This document shows, piece after piece, positions 26,048 through 32,000 of a DNA stretch of 32,000 nucleotides. The position numbers and the translations under genes are program-made. The stretch spans positions 1,470,001-1,502,000 of the forward strand of contig NZ_CP013213.1 of assembly GCF_001545095.1 (NCBI RefSeq), given 5' to 3'. The stretch is from Erysipelothrix larvae. Lineage in GTDB: Bacteria; Bacillota_I; Bacilli_A; Erysipelotrichales; Erysipelotrichaceae. Below the pieces are notes generated by a model. It was not told the origin of the DNA, did no database searches, and saw nothing but the letters and a program-made list of their open reading frames with translations. Within the stretch, counting starts at the first letter, position 1, and every line of letters begins with the position of its first letter.

Positions 26048-26578
26048 TATCCGATTTGATTAATTATGAATTCTTCTAATTATCATTATTATAAGCTTAA
26101 AGACATTAAATAGAAAGATCAAACAAAGATTATATTTAACTTTTCCACTCCCTGTTGCTATCGCATCACTTGTAAGCATTGCGGCTATACCAGGATGATA
26201 AGTTGATGATTCTTTGTTTTCCCTAACACGAGAGGAGAAAGTTTTATTGACAATAACGACAAATGTGTTCTTCTATTTCATTGCCCAACAAAAATTCACT
26301 GCGTATACAGTACTTTAGAGTCTGTAATATTATGCTTAACTCTATACAAAAAAGTCAAACTAAAATCTAGCAATTCTGTTTGTTTCTTCAAAAATATTCT
26401 TTGACTGCTCTTTCATTTTAACTCTCCTAGATATTTATTCTTCCCACCCATAGGAAAAGCTCATCTTTTTTGTAATTCCCGTTTTTATATTTCGAGTGTC
26501 TACTTTGAAGTGAACATATCACTAATGAAATACAAGTCTAGAATATCTGTTAACACTAGTTATTAAATCGAGGTTGAA

Positions 26579-26968
26579 GACGAAGGGAAACGGTGGTTTG
26601 CGAAACAGGTTAAAGTTGAGGCAACAAACAGCAGTAAGAAGATTTACCAAGCTTGCCTCTCAATTTTCAATAAGTACTATGATGTCCAGGTCGTTCGTAA
26701 TATTGGAATCACCTGTACAAAGTTAGAATCTCCGTTTCAAGAGCAGCTGAACTTGTTTGAATTCGTTGAGGATAAAGATAAAGAACATCACCTTGATGAA
26801 GTGGTGGATACGATACGAAGTAAATACGGATTCACTAAACTTGTGTATACCAGCAGCCTTTTAAGAGGCGGCCGTGCCATTGCCCGTAGTAAACTGGTGG
26901 GTGGTCATGCAGGTGGTATGAGTGGACTGGATGAGAAAGGAGACGCAGATGAGAAAAAGAACCCCTAA
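26579..26968 (+). pseudogene. 5'-truncated fragment of a Y-family polymerase gene (last ~129 codons only)
   Basis: It translates in frame to DEGKRWFAKQVKVEATNSSKKIYQAC...GGHAGGMSGLDEKGDADEKKNP, which matches residues 329-457 of the intact copy with 4 amino-acid changes. It has no N-terminal catalytic domain, no start codon and no RBS. The track ORF 26753-26968 only starts at an internal TTG. Confidence 0.88.
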
Positions 26969-27295
26969 AATATTTGTGGATTATAATGACTATCATGATC
27001 GTCACTTTGGCTTAAAATGGGGTACTGCATTTGCATTGGCGGAACTGGTGAGTGTGATTGACACAAACAAGAAAGATGCAAAAAAGGAAGTCCATGAACT
27101 TCCTGAGATGAGTCGTGAAGAAATCGATCACGTGCTTCAACATGCTTTCTTAAAATCAAAGAAGGTATCCATTCAAATGAACATACGTGACCATGATGAT
27201 CATCTTATCGAGAACGTAATTGGAAAATTCGAAGGGTTTTCAGACTCTGAATTCTTGTATATTGATGGTCAAGAACTCGCTTGGGAACTCATTCG
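26579..27295. repeat. Right copy of the 717-bp imperfect direct repeat
   Basis: It is colinear with 6714-7430 (offset 19865, no indels, about 27 mismatches by eye). Upstream of 26579 the sequence is unrelated, and an in-frame TAA sits at about 26564-26566. Confidence 0.9.
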
Positions 27296-27317
27296 AAATG
27301 TGCAGATTCTCAAGTAA
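26949..27317 (+). CDS. YolD-like protein, copy 2 (intact, but its upstream polymerase is truncated)
   Basis: It has the same length, RBS and start context as copy 1. There are 5 substitutions in the shared part, and the last 7 residues differ (RNVQILK versus RHIQELD). Confidence 0.65.
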   Translation: MRKRTPKIFVDYNDYHDRHFGLKWGTAFALAELVSVIDTNKKDAKKEVHELPEMSREEIDHVLQHAFLKSKKVSIQMNIRDHDDHLIENVIGKFEGFSDSEFLYIDGQELAWELIRNVQILK

Positions 27318-27442
27318 CCTAATATACAACACAGCAATCCATTATTCAAATTAACTGTAGTGTATGAGCCTAAACCATTTTTACGAATTGTGTTTTTTTC
27401 GAAAGTTATTTGCCCATTCCCCAAGAATCTCACAAAATACTT

Positions 27443-29960
<2,518 letters not shown>

Positions 29961-29971
<11 letters not shown>

Positions 29972-31484
29972 AATACATCCCTCGATACAAGGTATAAATA
30001 TCCTCCATTGCATCCGTAATTTTCGAAATAAGTGATGGTCCGAGTTGGTACTCCAATTTTATTTCTTGAATCAAGTCATCGTATTTGCGTTTCATTTCAT
30101 CATGCATGAAAGATTCATAAGGCAATATTTCAAAAACCTCCAAACGATCAAGAAAACCATACTTATTCATAAACAAACTCAAAATTATTAAGTCTTGTGA
30201 TAGTGGTTTATTGACATCTTGTTTAAGAAGTTCTGTAAGTCTACTACCATGTTCTAGAACTCTTCGCGTACTTTCATCCACATCTGTACTAAACTGTGCA
30301 AACGATAATAAGTCTTGGTAATTTGCAAGTTCGAGTTTTAACGAAGATGAAACATGCTTCATCGCCTGTGTTTGTGCAGCAGATCCAACACGAGAAACTG
30401 ATAATCCACTGTCTACGGCTGGTCTTATTCCAGAATTGAACGCATCGAGATTTAGGAACAATTGTCCATCGGTAATCGATATTACATTAGTTGGTATATA
30501 TGCACTAATGTCTCCTGCTTGTGTTTCAATAATTGGCAGCGCGGTCATTGACCCACCCCCGTGTTTGTCATTCAATTTAGCTGAGCGCTCAAGTAATCGT
30601 GAATGTAAGTAGAAGACATCCCCAGGAAATGCTTCACGCCCCGATGGACGTCTTAAGAGTAAAGATATCGTGCGATATGCAACTGCGTGTTTTGACAAAT
30701 CATCATATACGATTAATACATCTTTTCCTTGATTCATCCAGTGTTCTGCGATTGTGCATCCTGTATAAGGGGCAATATATTGCAATGATGCCATATCATC
30801 AGCTGGACTTGCGACAACTGTAGTGTATTCCAGCGCACCACTTATTCTAAATTGTTCAACGACACGCGCTATCGTTGATGCTTTTTGACCAATTGCTACA
30901 TAAACACATGTCAACCCCAACCCTTTTTGATTGAGAATCGCATTCATTGCGATACTGGTCTTGCCAGTTTGACGATCACCAATAATCAATTCCCGTTGAC
31001 CTTTTCCGATTGGAATCATTGCATCAATAATCTTCCAGCCCGTAAGTAAGGGTTCTTTGACACTTTGTCTTGCCATGACTTTTGGGGCTTGTACTTCTAT
31101 CGGTTTGAACACTTTATCTTCAATATCATCTAGACCATCAATTGCGATACCCAGTGCATTCACCACTCGACCAATTAATGCATCTCCTACCGGAGTGTCC
31201 ACAACATGCTTCGTTCGGTAAACCTTATCTTTTTCTCGTATCTCAGCATCATTTCCTAATAAAACTACACCCACTTGATCATTTTCTAGGTTCATCGCCA
31301 AACCCATGAGACCTGAATCAAACTTGAGTAACTCACCAGATAATACATCCTTTAGTCCTTTAACAAATGCGATTCCATCCCCTACGCTATGGACTAAACC
31401 TATATCTTGATCTTCGACTTCCCAATTTAAACCTTCAACTCGATTTTTAATTGTTTCAATAATTTGCTCACTTCGTTTATCCAT
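29961..31484 (-). CDS. atpA: F1Fo ATP synthase alpha subunit
   Basis: The sequence contains GKGQRELIIGDRQTGKTSIA (P-loop), VYVAIGQKAST, LIVYDDLSKHAVAYR, LLLRRPSGREAFPGDVFYLHSRLLER and ITDGQLFL. The start is set at ATG 31484 after GAGGAGG. The track extension to 31523 is unlikely. Confidence 0.96.
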
Positions 31485-31989
31485 TAGATACCTCCTCAAC
31501 CAACTTCTGAAACCTACCACCAAGACTAAAATCTAGAACAGTGTCATTTATAAATAATCTAATCCCAGACTTCAAGAATGGATTCACCTGAATTTCATAC
31601 TCAATTTCTCCATGATATATAACATCAACCTTCGTTTTTATTTTCTCGTAGTATCCCTTAGACATTGGCTCCGATGTTTCAATAATACATGTTATCCAGA
31701 AGCCATCATCAACTAATAGGTTTCGCATCGATTGTTGGATTTGATCTATTTGATCCAGCATTCCATCCTCTAAAAGAATATATATCATTCTTTTAACGAT
31801 TTCAGAAACTTCAAAGAAGAGCAAATCAGCGATTTCTTCAATTCTATTTGGATTAAACATCAAGGTGCTCGTAATTTGTGGAACGGCGTGTAAAATTCTA
31901 GCAATAGTTCGAAACTCCCTATAGTAATGAACCGGGTCATCAACCATTAACTGGTAAAAAGCATGTGCGTAGATCTCATGAACTTGCAT
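31477..31989 (-). CDS. atpH: F1Fo ATP synthase delta (OSCP) subunit
   Basis: It is 170 aa and immediately upstream of atpA, overlapping it by 8 nt. The N-terminal YAHAFYQL pattern is OSCP-like. The protein is divergent, so position carries most of the weight. The start lies near the window edge, so its upstream context is not visible. Confidence 0.7.
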   Translation of the reverse strand: MQVHEIYAHAFYQLMVDDPVHYYREFRTIARILHAVPQITSTLMFNPNRIEEIADLLFFEVSEIVKRMIYILLEDGMLDQIDQIQQSMRNLLVDDGFWITCIIETSEPMSKGYYEKIKTKVDVIYHGEIEYEIQVNPFLKSGIRLFINDTVLDFSLGGRFQKLVEEVSNG

Positions 31990-32000
31990 GGTAGTTTTCA

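Larger units (their letters stand above)
7431..26578. other. Roughly 19-kb genomic (defence-type) island bracketed by the direct repeats; no recombinase recognised
   Basis: It is bounded by the repeats 6714-7430 and 26579-27295. All eight or so genes are on the minus strand. The content is accessory (helicase/nuclease/ATPase/LRR genes) and lies between housekeeping tpx/polymerase and the atp operon. Spot counts of individual 60-nt lines give about 30 percent GC inside versus about 38-42 percent in the flanks; this was not computed over the whole region. Confidence 0.7.

Noticed and set aside
7431-26578. Calling the island a prophage, ICE or transposon.
   Set aside because: I found no integrase, transposase, relaxase, or capsid/terminase-like motifs, no terminal inverted repeats, and no tRNA target. 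Only the long direct repeats are present, so I describe it as a genomic island acquired by homologous recombination.

Overview
This is a low-GC, Bacillota-like chromosomal segment; the taxon is an inference from composition and gene content only. All homology calls come from reading motifs by eye, because no searches were run.

Left flank (1-7452):
- A type I R-M locus on the minus strand: a small HTH gene, hsdR, and the start of hsdM, which runs off the window.
- An RlmCD/RumA-type rRNA methyltransferase and thiol peroxidase tpx.
- An intact Y-family (UmuC/UvrX-like) polymerase gene with a YolD-like partner.

Centre (about 7431-26578): a roughly 19-kb island that is AT-richer than its flanks.
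- It is bounded by 717-bp imperfect direct repeats. By eye these differ at about 27 positions with no indels. Each repeat is the 3' end of the polymerase gene plus yolD.
- All island genes lie on the minus strand. I recognised no integrase, transposase, tRNA, rRNA or CRISPR.
- (a) An AAA/DUF234-type ATPase whose near-consensus promoter is interlaced with three 8-bp operator-like half-sites.
- (b) A tightly coupled four-gene operon with two signal-peptide-less BspA-type LRR proteins that share a C-terminal domain, plus two unknown proteins. One LRR gene carries a perfect 24-bp in-frame VNTR.
- (c) A translationally coupled three-gene operon: a 917-aa unknown protein, a 1712-aa DEAH-helicase/DUF1998 giant protein, and a NERD + SF1 helicase.

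Operon (c) is the best candidate for a new or variant defence system. It looks like a Druantia type III (DruH-DruE) core with an added nuclease-helicase.

Right flank: a 5'-truncated polymerase fragment with a second intact yolD, followed by the F1 part of the ATP synthase operon (atpH-A-G-D-C) on the minus strand.
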